From: Halalkalibacterium halodurans
Lineage (GTDB): Bacteria > Bacillota > Bacilli > Bacillales > Bacillaceae_D
DNA length: 32,000 bases
NCBI RefSeq assembly: GCF_004376175.1
Contig: NZ_SNUY01000017.1
Span: 28,529-60,528 of the forward strand
Direction: 5' to 3'
Shown: positions 11,013-22,251 of the stretch, piece by piece
Layout: each line of letters begins with the position of its first letter
Position numbering within the stretch: the stretch's first letter is position 1
Notes under the pieces: model-generated
Database searches by the model: none
Seen by the model: only the letters and a program-made list of their open reading frames with translations
Told to the model about the DNA's origin: nothing
Program-made: the position numbers and the translations under genes

Positions 11013-11885
11013 TCAAGAGCCGGCCGATCCAATTATCCGAACCGCATACACTTGATGGCAAAAACCCCGTAGCCCATTGTAGATCCGTTGAACTCGCGAT
11101 TCCTTCGACACGAGACCAAAAACAGTGGGGCCACTTCCGCTCATTAATACCCCATCAGCACCAAAGCGCCTCATTTGTTCTTTAATGTTTCTTACCTCTG
11201 GGTAAAGATCGAGGGTAACCGATTCAAGGACATTGTGCAAGTGATGACAGATGCCATCAAAATCTTTCCCCTCGATCGCAGCAATCATGTGTTCTGTTGT
11301 TGGATGGTCAATCGCAGATACATTTAGTCGTTTATAAACATCAGCGGTGGATACACCGATGGGCGGCTTTGCTAAAATAACCCAACACGGTGGCGGTGAG
11401 GCAATCCGTTCTATGATTTCCCCACGTCCTGTGGCCCTTGCTGTCCCTCCATATACACAAAACGAAACATCAGAGCCTATTTCCGCTCCAAGAACCGCTA
11501 ATTCATCCAAAGATAACCCGAGCTGCCATAGATCGTTCAGCCCCCTTAATGTGGCGGCAGCATCACTGCTTCCACCAGCTAAGCCAGCTGCTACTGGGAT
11601 TCGCTTTGTTATGTAAATGGAGACCCCTTCGTTTACGTGATAGCGCGCTTTTAGCAAAGCCGCTGCTTGGTACGCTAAGTTCTTTTCATCATTTGGTACA
11701 AAGCCTTCAGAGACATCGACCGAAATAAGCCCATCTTCACGGAGTGTTAAATCAATCCGATCGGCAAGGTCGACTGTTGTCATAATCATGTCTACTTCAT
11801 GATAACCGTCTGGTCGTTTATGTAAGACATCGAGAGATAAGTTGATTTTAGCTGGGGCCTTCACTGACTGTTTCACACGCTTCAC
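11013..11885 (-). CDS. ispE: 4-diphosphocytidyl-2-C-methyl-D-erythritol kinase
   Basis: [11 protein letters not shown]..., the GHMP kinase motif [15 protein letters not shown], and [10 protein letters not shown] are present. The ORF begins with GTG at 11885. An alternative GTG at 11876 has a better-spaced GAAGGTGA. Confidence 0.9.
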   Translation of the reverse strand: MKRVKQSVKAPAKINLSLDVLHKRPDGYHEVDMIMTTVDLADRIDLTLREDGLISVDVSEGFVPNDEKNLAYQAAALLKARYHVNEGVSIYITKRIPVAAGLAGGSSDAAATLRGLNDLWQLGLSLDELAVLGAEIGSDVSFCVYGGTARATGRGEIIERIASPPPCWVILAKPPIGVSTADVYKRLNVSAIDHPTTEHMIAAIEGKDFDGICHHLHNVLESVTLDLYPEVRNIKEQMRRFGADGVLMSGSGPTVFGLVSKESRVQRIYNGLRGFCHQVYAVRIIGSAGS

Positions 11886-12038
11886 CTTCTATGTTCCATT
11901 TGCTTAGGCTATTTTATCATTTTGGACAGAAACAAGCCAGACCGTGTAACAAATGGCGCAAGAAAGCTGTCTTTTTTTGGGCGAAACAGGGGAGAGGAGC
12001 CTTCTCGCTTAATCGATTCCCTCCCCCATTGAAAAGAG

Positions 12039-12063
12039 AAAAAAGGGCTGGTGACCCAACCCC
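12039..12063 (-). terminator. Rho-independent terminator after sspF
   Basis: Minus strand: GGGTTGG-GTCA-CCAGCCC followed by TTTTTTC. Confidence 0.7.
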
Positions 12064-12081
12064 TAACATATCGTAACATTG

Positions 12082-12267
12082 TTAACGTGAAGATTCTCTC
12101 TCTGCTAATTGCTGCTCAGCAAGCTCAATGGCACGCTTCACCATGTTTCCTGCATCACGTGCACGAATGCCTCCCCAACCTTCTTGTTGGACGGTATCGT
12201 AGAACCCTAACTCTTTCGCAATTTCTTCCTTTAAGCGATCTGACATGATTCCACGTCTTCGACTCAT
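12082..12267 (-). CDS. sspF: Small acid-soluble spore protein, alpha/beta-type-related (SspF)
   Basis: [54 protein letters not shown] matches the SspF pattern. The start was trimmed to ATG at 12265-12267, with GAGGAG 9 nt upstream. The longer ORF-track start is implausible. Confidence 0.88.
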   Translation of the reverse strand: MSRRRGIMSDRLKEEIAKELGFYDTVQQEGWGGIRARDAGNMVKRAIELAEQQLAERESSR

Positions 12268-12312
12268 GACGCAACAGCTCCTCGCTTGATAATCAATGTT
12301 ACGACATACACT

Positions 12313-12345
12313 TAGTATGTACAGGAAGACATGAAATATGGCCCT
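12313..12345 (-). promoter_or_regulatory. Forespore (sigma-G/F-type) promoter candidate for sspF
   Basis: The minus strand has CATACTA (rc 12313-12319), an exact match to the sigma-G -10 pattern CATnnTA. The -35 is only approximate (GCCATA region). Confidence 0.4.
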
Positions 12346-12366
12346 TTGAAAAAAATCCAAAGGGCC
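12333..12366 (-). terminator. Hairpin/terminator after veg
   Basis: GGCCCTTTG-loop-CAAAGGGCC perfect 9-bp stem (12340-12366). The downstream U-tract on the minus strand is weak (ATATTT). Confidence 0.5.
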
Positions 12367-12391
12367 AATGTATGTCGATTCATGAAGTGTT

Positions 12392-12658
12392 TTACAGCTT
12401 TAGCGTCGTTGTTGCACCGTCATCCTCACAGACCGTCAGTTCAACTGTCTCTGTCAAGATATCCGCATAACTGTAAGATACACGCTCAAACGCATGTTGA
12501 TCTTCATCCAACTTAATAATAAACACAGAAGGGTATGTTTCTTCTAGCAAACCCGAACGTTCCGTCGTCTTGCGTCGCCCACCATTTGCTTTAATCGTAA
12601 TTCGTTTGCCTACGTTAGCATCAAGGGCACGCTTAATTTCCACCAAGGTTTTTCCCAA
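12392..12658 (-). CDS. veg: Veg protein (biofilm/vegetative small protein)
   Basis: ...[58 protein letters not shown] is highly similar to B. subtilis Veg as recalled. TTG start with GGGGTG upstream. Confidence 0.92.
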   Translation of the reverse strand: MGKTLVEIKRALDANVGKRITIKANGGRRKTTERSGLLEETYPSVFIIKLDEDQHAFERVSYSYADILTETVELTVCEDDGATTTLKL

Positions 12659-12686
12659 TTATAACACCCCGCTTCTCTCTGTGAAT

Positions 12687-12716
12687 AGTATAACATGGTT
12701 AGGATGAAAATGTCAA
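12687..12716 (-). promoter_or_regulatory. Proximal sigma-A promoter of veg
   Basis: The minus strand reads TTGACA (rc 12711-12716), an 18-nt spacer ending in TGT, then TATACT (rc 12687-12692). Confidence 0.6.
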
Positions 12717-12727
12717 GAAAATAAAAA

Positions 12728-12757
12728 ATTATATCAACTTAACCTTGTTATTGTCAA
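12728..12757 (-). promoter_or_regulatory. Distal consensus sigma-A promoter upstream of veg
   Basis: The minus strand reads TTGACA (rc 12752-12757), an 18-nt spacer, then TATAAT (rc 12728-12733). Both hexamers are perfect. Confidence 0.5.
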
Positions 12758-13031
12758 CGATTTAAATTCGATTTTTTTCGCGGTTGATTGTCTATATTTA
12801 TCATGTACGAAAAGGATGAAATTTATGTAAGGATTTGAACTTCTTTTTGTTTGAAGATATGAATAAAATTTGCAAAATTACAGGCTGATCGCCATTGCAA
12901 AAGAGCTTTGATCACCAGGTACAATCAAATTGGACGTATTCTTATTTTATTAAAGCTAAGGGAAAAACAGCTGCTAAAAAAGCAACGATTGAATCGTAAG
13001 CCATAACACGTCTCGCTTGTCTTTGTAACGA

Positions 13032-13057
13032 GAAAAAACTCGGCAATATGCCAAGTT
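13032..13057 (-). terminator. Rho-independent terminator after yabG (looks bidirectional)
   Basis: Minus strand: CTTGGCA-TAT-TGCCGAG hairpin followed by TTTTTTC. On the plus strand it is followed by TTTTTC. Confidence 0.65.
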
Positions 13058-13071
13058 TTTCTGAACATGTG

Positions 13072-13947
13072 TTATGAATCCTCTTGTTCTTCCAAAGCTT
13101 TTAAAGGCATCCCTTTTCGCATGACACCCTTCGTCTCGATCCCTCCTAGACCTTTTTCCCCTGTAATCGTATTTCGGAGTACTTCTGATAAGGAAACACG
13201 TTCCATAAACGATGTAATACTAATACGGGAAGCTATATACACCGGGTCTAGAGCATGAATGTTCACTCGATTGGGTGAGCTTGCAAAATTAGCTCCTGCT
13301 TTGATCAGTGTTTCAAAATGGGATTGGCAAGCCCCTGCAAAAATCACAAGTTCATCCCGCTGAGGCACATAGCGTCTCGCAATCCTTACACATTCCGCAA
13401 AAAATTTTGTATGCCGATAAGCTTTAAGGTCCTTTTCCGTCCCACGGTTTTTTAAATACGCATCATGTCCTGTCACAACAATAATATCCGGCTGTACCAT
13501 TTCGATAAGAGAGGCGATCTGTTCCGGCATCTCTTTTTCTGAAACGTGGACTCCATACACAGGCACGCCCAATCGATCATACACTTCCGTACACTTGCGT
13601 AAGTACAGAGGGTCACCATCCATATGAAGCACCCTACCTCGCATTTCAAAAAACGCTGCATCGTTCGTATAACCTGAGGAGGCTTCATATTCATCCCGTT
13701 GCTTCATCAAACTGTAATCCTGTCTAAAAAGCTTATAACACTGCTCCTCCGCTTGTAAAAACTCCTTTTTCCTTCGCTTGCGTTCTGATTCTTGAATCAA
13801 CACAAGGTCATGGTAAGGAGCATCAGCCGCAAGGCGCATATCCTCACCAATTAACTCCACAAAATCATTGTGGAGGGCTACAATACGAAAAAGTAAATCA
13901 CATTGATACGATTTTCTCGCAACGATATCCCCAACCTTTGGCTTCAT
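13072..13947 (-). CDS. yabG: Sporulation-specific coat protease YabG
   Basis: GDIVARKSYQCDLLFRIV..., VTGHDAY...AYRHTK, and LVIFAGACQSHFETLIKAGANFASSPNRVNIHALDPVYI match YabG closely. Confidence 0.92.
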   Translation of the reverse strand: MKPKVGDIVARKSYQCDLLFRIVALHNDFVELIGEDMRLAADAPYHDLVLIQESERKRRKKEFLQAEEQCYKLFRQDYSLMKQRDEYEASSGYTNDAAFFEMRGRVLHMDGDPLYLRKCTEVYDRLGVPVYGVHVSEKEMPEQIASLIEMVQPDIIVVTGHDAYLKNRGTEKDLKAYRHTKFFAECVRIARRYVPQRDELVIFAGACQSHFETLIKAGANFASSPNRVNIHALDPVYIASRISITSFMERVSLSEVLRNTITGEKGLGGIETKGVMRKGMPLKALEEQEDS

Positions 13948-14001
13948 CGAAAAAAAACCCCTCCTTCTTCAGCCTATGTAAGGAAAGGAGGGGAGGTTCC
14001 A

Positions 14002-15425
<1,424 letters not shown>

Positions 15426-15532
15426 GACGTCCTCCCATCTCTTTCTATGTTCCTCCCTCATTATACGACCTTCCTGGATGAAAGGAAAACGCGGATTCGG
15501 TACTCGTTATCCGTGAGTAAACTTCAATCGAT

Positions 15533-15568
15533 TAAAAAAAGAAACACAGAGCAAAAAATGCCCTGTGT
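15533..15568 (-). terminator. Rho-independent terminator after yabE
   Basis: Minus strand: ACACAGGGC-ATTTTTT-GCTCTGTGT 9-bp stem followed by TTCTTTTTTT. Confidence 0.65.
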
Positions 15569-15587
15569 CAATGCTTTAGTGTTTGGA

Positions 15588-16889
15588 TTAATCAAGAATG
15601 GTGACTTTCACCGTTTTTCGGCCCCAACGCTGCGCTTCCGCAGTTGACGGCATATGAACGTCGATTTTGTTTCCGACGATCGCGCCACCAGCGTCGCCAG
15701 CAATCGCTGTACCATAACCTTCAACGTGGACTCTGCTACCTAACGGAATAACATTAGGGTCGACAGCGATCACCTTCATGTTACGGTTGTTATTCAGGTT
15801 AATTCCTGTCGCTGTCACACCAGAGCAACCACTGCAGTTAGCTGTATAGGCTGTTGCTGTTACGGTAAATGTCTTCCCACCGCCTGAAGAAGATGAAGAG
15901 GATGAGGATGACTCACTCTTGCTCGATTGATCAGATTTTGATGATGAGGAGGAAGACGATGATGACGATGATGACGATGATGAGGAGGATGATCCGCTAC
16001 TCCGAGAGACATTCTCCTGCACCTTCCTCGTTCCAACCGCAACAACCCGATCTTTACTTTCTTCGACGGTTTCTGTTTTCACTAATTCACGAGAAACTTC
16101 TTCCCCGTCTTCCAAAATAACTTCATAGTGATGGGCAACTTTTCCTTCTTGCCCTTCTTCTACGACTTTTTCTTTTCCGCTATCTAGCTTTTCATCTTTT
16201 CGAGTCACTGTTGCAAATGCAACAGATTCTTCCACTACATCGGTGACTTTTTCCACTCTGATGACTCGGATGTCCGTTTCTTGATCAATCTCGTCTGATA
16301 GCTCAGGTTCAACCCGATCAAGTTCGCCCAATTCAATTTCTTCTCTTTCTAAAAAGTCAGCGACAGTAGTCGAAGTTGTCCATACTTTGCGCTCTTCACC
16401 GTCACTTATGAGCTCAACTTGAAAAGCAGATTCATAGTTTAACTCTAGACCTTCGGTAATCGCGGTTTCTAAGCTTGGCTTAAGCTTATCATGCTTCTTG
16501 ACTTGTAAATCTATTTCGTCGATAAGTTGCTCAACAGTATCAGCTGTCGTCCAAATCGTCTTCTCTTCACCATCGAACGTGGCAAACACTTGTACGGCTT
16601 TTTTCCAAGAGACCGTCATATTCCCTGAAATTTCCGCATCAAGGGCTGGTTCGATCAAGTCATGTTCTTGATAATCCCAACCTTGTTCAGCCATAAGGTC
16701 GGCAACAGTACTAGCATGGGTTTTGACTACATACTCTTCCCCATCCACTTGAACTGTGACCGTTGCTTTTGAAGACTCATGTACCGCAAAAGCAATAATG
16801 GCAACAAAGAGAATCAGACTAATGATGGAGATGACGAGCCCCTTCATGGACCTGGGTCCAGACGAAGATGTGCTTACATTCGATTCCAT
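15588..16889 (-). CDS. yabE: YabE-like cell-wall protein: N-terminal TM helix, 3 x DUF348 repeats, G5 domain, Ser-rich linker, C-terminal 3D (RlpA/MltA-like) domain
   Basis: Three DGEE(K/Y)..W/KT...TV.D(L/F) repeats are visible, followed by a G5-like block and the C-terminal TATAYTA.CSGCSG.TATG...IAVDP..IPLGS. Synteny between yabD and rnmV agrees. Confidence 0.88.
   Translation of the reverse strand: MESNVSTSSSGPRSMKGLVISIISLILFVAIIAFAVHESSKATVTVQVDGEEYVVKTHASTVADLMAEQGWDYQEHDLIEPALDAEISGNMTVSWKKAVQVFATFDGEEKTIWTTADTVEQLIDEIDLQVKKHDKLKPSLETAITEGLELNYESAFQVELISDGEERKVWTTSTTVADFLEREEIELGELDRVEPELSDEIDQETDIRVIRVEKVTDVVEESVAFATVTRKDEKLDSGKEKVVEEGQEGKVAHHYEVILEDGEEVSRELVKTETVEESKDRVVAVGTRKVQENVSRSSGSSSSSSSSSSSSSSSSSSKSDQSSKSESSSSSSSSSGGGKTFTVTATAYTANCSGCSGVTATGINLNNNRNMKVIAVDPNVIPLGSRVHVEGYGTAIAGDAGGAIVGNKIDVHMPSTAEAQRWGRKTVKVTILD
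15876..16007 (-). repeat. In-frame trinucleotide-type simple repeat encoding the poly-Ser linker of YabE
   Basis: Plus-strand GA(A/T/G)-rich triplets (gatgatgacgatgatgacgatgatgaggaggatga...) translate on the minus strand as SSGSSSSSSSSSSSSSSSSSSKSDQSSKSESSSSSSSSSGGG. Confidence 0.9.
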
Positions 16890-17118
16890 GTGAAATGATT
16901 CCTCCCTTTCAAGGATCGAATTATAAATAGTTCACCTCACTTTGTCAACTCTTTTTCGATTTTTTGAATTCAACCTGTGCTCCTATTATCCTAAATTTTG
17001 CTCAAGTTGAAAACAAAAATCTCTCGACACGTCCACTTTATGCCTTGCGCAAGTTATGTAGAACTTCTCCGCATGTCCCTTTCGTTAGACAGACATTTAC
17101 ATAAACAGACACTATCTG

Positions 17119-17889
17119 TCAGCGAACGATGTCAAATAATTTTCGAGCATTTGCCGTCGTTACTTTTGCCACTTCTTCGTACGGGATGTCTTTAAGCTCG
17201 GCAATTTGCTCTGCTACTAGTTTAACATAAGCAGGCTCATTCCGTTTCCCACGATATGGATGCGGCGCTAAATAAGGGCAATCGGTTTCAATGAGCAGCC
17301 GATCCAAAGGTACTTCCTTCGCAACTAATTTCGGGCGTTTTGCATTTTTAAATGTCACAGGACCTCCAAGGGAAATGTAAAAGTTCATCTCCATACATTC
17401 ACGAGCAATCTCGACACTCCCACCAAAGCAGTGCATAATCCCACCGACCTGCCCAGCGTCTTCCTCCCTAAGCACATCCACAATATCGCGATCAGCATCA
17501 CGATTATGAATCACAATTGGTAATTTCACTTTTTTCGCTAATGCAATTTGCTTCCGAAACACTTCTTTTTGCACGTCCTTCGGTGATTTATCCCAATGAT
17601 AATCAAGGCCCATCTCACCGAGAGCAACGACTTTTGGGTGGCCTGCCAGCTCTTCAAGCCACACTAAATGCTCATCCTTCATGTCGATCGCATCCACTGG
17701 ATGCCAACCTACTGCGGCGTAGATAAAATCATACCGCTCAACTAACGCGAGCGCGCGATGAATCGTCTTCTCATCAAATCCGACAACGACCATTTCTTTC
17801 ACGCCAGCTTCTTGTGCCCGCTTGATCACTTCCTCTTGATCCTCATCGAATTGGTCCGCATTTAAATGGACATGTGTATCAAACAACAT
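17119..17889 (-). CDS. tatD: TatD-family metal-dependent DNase/hydrolase (YabD)
   Basis: MLFDTHVHLN..., ALGEMGLDYHW, and ETDCPYLAPHPYRGKRNEPAYV are present. The start was trimmed to ATG at 17887-17889, preceded by AGAGGTG. Confidence 0.93.
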   Translation of the reverse strand: MLFDTHVHLNADQFDEDQEEVIKRAQEAGVKEMVVVGFDEKTIHRALALVERYDFIYAAVGWHPVDAIDMKDEHLVWLEELAGHPKVVALGEMGLDYHWDKSPKDVQKEVFRKQIALAKKVKLPIVIHNRDADRDIVDVLREEDAGQVGGIMHCFGGSVEIARECMEMNFYISLGGPVTFKNAKRPKLVAKEVPLDRLLIETDCPYLAPHPYRGKRNEPAYVKLVAEQIAELKDIPYEEVAKVTTANARKLFDIVR

Positions 17890-17951
17890 GACAGACACCT
17901 CTATATTCGCTATTTTATAATAATAAAAACTTTATGTTTTTGACCCATTGG

Positions 17952-17986
17952 AAAAAGCAAGGGGAGAAGTAGTCCTCCTCCCTTCC
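17952..17986 (-). terminator. Terminator after metS
   Basis: Minus strand: GGAAGGGAGGAGG...CTTCTCCCCTTGC imperfect hairpin followed by TTTTTCC. Confidence 0.5.
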
Positions 17987-17993
17987 ACCCGCA

Positions 17994-20009
<2,016 letters not shown>

Positions 20010-20046
20010 TTATACGGGATCGAATCGCTTTCCTAAAACAAACTAG

Positions 20047-20322
20047 AAAAAGCCCTCATCCCATTGGGACGAGAGCCTAGTGCTCACGCGGTACCACCCA
20101 TGTTTTCCAATCACTTCACAATGATTGGCTCATGAAGTCACGTTGACTTCTCTGTTAACGCCAGCTACGTTCCTCCCTCATGTTTAAAAGCAACACTCGA
20201 AAGAAAACCCTCCCAGGACCATCTTCCAGCTGCCCCCTATACCGGTTCCCAGCTCCCCCGGCTCTCTGCTTAGCATGACGCAAATAGGTCAATCAGCTGT
20301 ACTCATCCCTTCATCAGGTCTC
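20047..20322 (-). promoter_or_regulatory. T-box riboswitch leader of metS (Stem I, T-box sequence, terminator/antiterminator)
   Basis: The following are read on the minus strand. A GA/K-turn-like CUGAUGA and an AGUA S-turn half precede the stem CAGCUG. These are followed by the AG-bay AGAGAG and the distal loop GGGAGCUGGGAA. The stem closes at CAGCUG, followed by the specifier loop GAAGAUGG, with AUG at 20220-20222. The T-box core GGGUGGUACCGCG is rc of 20087-20099. An 11-bp terminator GCUCUCGUCCC-AAU-GGGAUGAGGGC plus UUUUU lies at 20047-20076. Confidence 0.85.
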
Positions 20323-20368
20323 TTATCACGTTGTGTTCTTACGCTCATTTTCACCTTGACTTAGCCAA

Positions 20369-20398
20369 AATATACCGAACAACCCTCATTCCTGTCAA
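20369..20398 (-). promoter_or_regulatory. Sigma-A promoter candidate for the metS T-box leader
   Basis: The minus strand reads TTGACA (rc 20393-20398, overlapping the herA-like TGA stop at 20395-20397), an 18-nt spacer, then TATATT (rc 20369-20374). Confidence 0.55.
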
Positions 20399-22227
20399 GG
20401 GCGGTCATAAACAGTGGCGAACGGTGTTTTTTGCTTTTTTAGTTTCCCTGCATCACAAAGTCGTTCCAACTCTTTTTTTAACTCGCTTACATCCCACCGC
20501 TTACCTGTCTGTTTATGAAGCGCATCCATATGATTCATAACACTTGTCTCGGCCAGCGGTAAAAACGGCTCAAGGGCACTGATTAGCTCGTCATCTCCTT
20601 GGGTTTTCCGTTCCTGTAGTTCATCGAATGGATTGACCGTATGTGGACTCGTCGAATGGGCTAGCCGGATACGAACAGCCATTGTTCGCCCCATTATAGC
20701 GGATGACACAAACACATCTCCTGATCGCAAATATGGCAAACGTTTTCCTTCTTCATTTGTTAGATCGGTTTCTTCCTTAATCGTCTGAATGTCCGTGCCA
20801 CGCACCGTTCGGAAAACGAACTTCGAATTGAGCTGAGCCGTAATCGTCTCATCAAGCAAGGTTGGCCGCTGCGTCGCAAAAATGAGAAACACGCCATATT
20901 TCCGTCCTTCCTGAGCGATTTCCTTCAGTACTGGCTTTGCAGGGGCCTCATATCCTTTTGGTGCAAAGTTATGGGCCTCATCGGTGACAATGACAAACGG
21001 TGGAAAGAAATCCCCCTGCTCGTGCTGCAGCTTCGCATCCTTATAGGCTCTTCTTTTTCCGTATAATGCTCCAACGACATAGCTTGAAAACACTTGGAGC
21101 AACCAGACTGCTCCTTGAACGACAACAAGCTGTCCGCGGTGCAAGCTCTCTTCAATGACACGGATGCTCTGCTGAAATAACCCAGCTTGATTGAGACGGT
21201 ACAGTCGCCATTGAATCCCTTTAACAGAGGCAAGGGGTAAGCTTCCATATTGCTCGAGTAGTTTTTTGTACGATTGATATCGTTCAATCTCTTCGCGACT
21301 CATTCCGCCGTCATGTAGCAAGTTGTCCACCTTTTGCCGACCGATTTCAAGGGCGTCCGCCAAATTCCCAACCCGGTCACTAAATGACTGGTAGCTATCC
21401 TTTCGTTTATGGAGCGATTGAATGACGTTCACCATCGATTCGGACAATGAACCAGCCGCTTGCAATAGGCGCTCCACATCCCGCGTCGATAATGCCGAGA
21501 AATCCACTCCCACATCACGACCGATTTGCACGACGGTATAGTTCGATTGATAGGAAGGAGCATCCTCCTGTCCTTCGGCTTTAGCTGAAAAATTCATCTC
21601 AAAGTGAGGATCGAACACAAGGGTCGGGATCTCGAGCTTCATCAGCTCCTCCAACATGACTCGAAGGCCGAACGACTTTCCTGAGCCCGATCCACCGAAC
21701 ACACCGATATGGGGATATTGTTGCATCGCGCGAATATCAAAAATAAACGGAACCCCTTCCTGCTTCCGCGTCTGTTCTTGTTCACGAATTTTCATTAATC
21801 CTTTCAATTCGTCTGGAAGCGTCTCTGCTACATATTCCGTAGACTTAACCTCTCCTAACACAAGACCATCTTCAGGCCTTGCTTTCACTAACAGAGGAGC
21901 GATTTCTGCAAAAGACGGATGTCGTACACTCGCACCTGTCTGAATCGGTTGGATCGCCTCTTCAAACAGACGCACCTTCGCTAAATGAATATCATCTGAG
22001 CCAATATCGTATCCGAGTTGCTCTAACGTTTGCAGCACTTGCTGATCCACGATCCCTTTATCAAACCCCATCGGGATGTAGCGATTATAGGAAAAGGTCT
22101 CCACCACTTCCCCTTTCGGATCGAACAAATCTTCATCCTCAAGAACGACCATTTCGTTCATACGAAATTTGTGTTCTTTTGAGGCCACATAGACTTCATG
22201 CTGGGTCGTAATCCCGACTACTTGCAT
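20395..22227 (-). CDS. HerA-like FtsK/HerA-superfamily ATPase (DUF87-type), 610 aa
   Basis: Walker A is GVFGGSGSGKSF (aa 175-186; GGSGSGKS is nt 21673-21696). Walker B is PFVIVTDEAHNF (aa 410-421). The downstream IFATQRPT motif follows, and about 225 aa of largely helical insert lies between Walker A and Walker B. The N-terminal roughly 100 aa is beta-rich, consistent with a HAS-barrel. RBS AAGGAGAG precedes the ATG. The gene starts 24 nt after the upstream nurA-like gene. Confidence 0.8.
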   Translation of the reverse strand: MQVVGITTQHEVYVASKEHKFRMNEMVVLEDEDLFDPKGEVVETFSYNRYIPMGFDKGIVDQQVLQTLEQLGYDIGSDDIHLAKVRLFEEAIQPIQTGASVRHPSFAEIAPLLVKARPEDGLVLGEVKSTEYVAETLPDELKGLMKIREQEQTRKQEGVPFIFDIRAMQQYPHIGVFGGSGSGKSFGLRVMLEELMKLEIPTLVFDPHFEMNFSAKAEGQEDAPSYQSNYTVVQIGRDVGVDFSALSTRDVERLLQAAGSLSESMVNVIQSLHKRKDSYQSFSDRVGNLADALEIGRQKVDNLLHDGGMSREEIERYQSYKKLLEQYGSLPLASVKGIQWRLYRLNQAGLFQQSIRVIEESLHRGQLVVVQGAVWLLQVFSSYVVGALYGKRRAYKDAKLQHEQGDFFPPFVIVTDEAHNFAPKGYEAPAKPVLKEIAQEGRKYGVFLIFATQRPTLLDETITAQLNSKFVFRTVRGTDIQTIKEETDLTNEEGKRLPYLRSGDVFVSSAIMGRTMAVRIRLAHSTSPHTVNPFDELQERKTQGDDELISALEPFLPLAETSVMNHMDALHKQTGKRWDVSELKKELERLCDAGKLKKQKTPFATVYDRP

Positions 22228-22251
22228 CTCACACTCTCCTTTTTCCTAAAC

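Noticed and set aside
12895-13057. Possible plus-strand small RNA: TTGCAA ... TACAAT (12895-12925) leading to the bidirectional terminator at 13038-13057.
   Set aside because: The -35/-10 spacer is 19 nt, which is too long for a good sigma-A promoter. No conserved structure or ORF is evident. The terminator is already explained by yabG.
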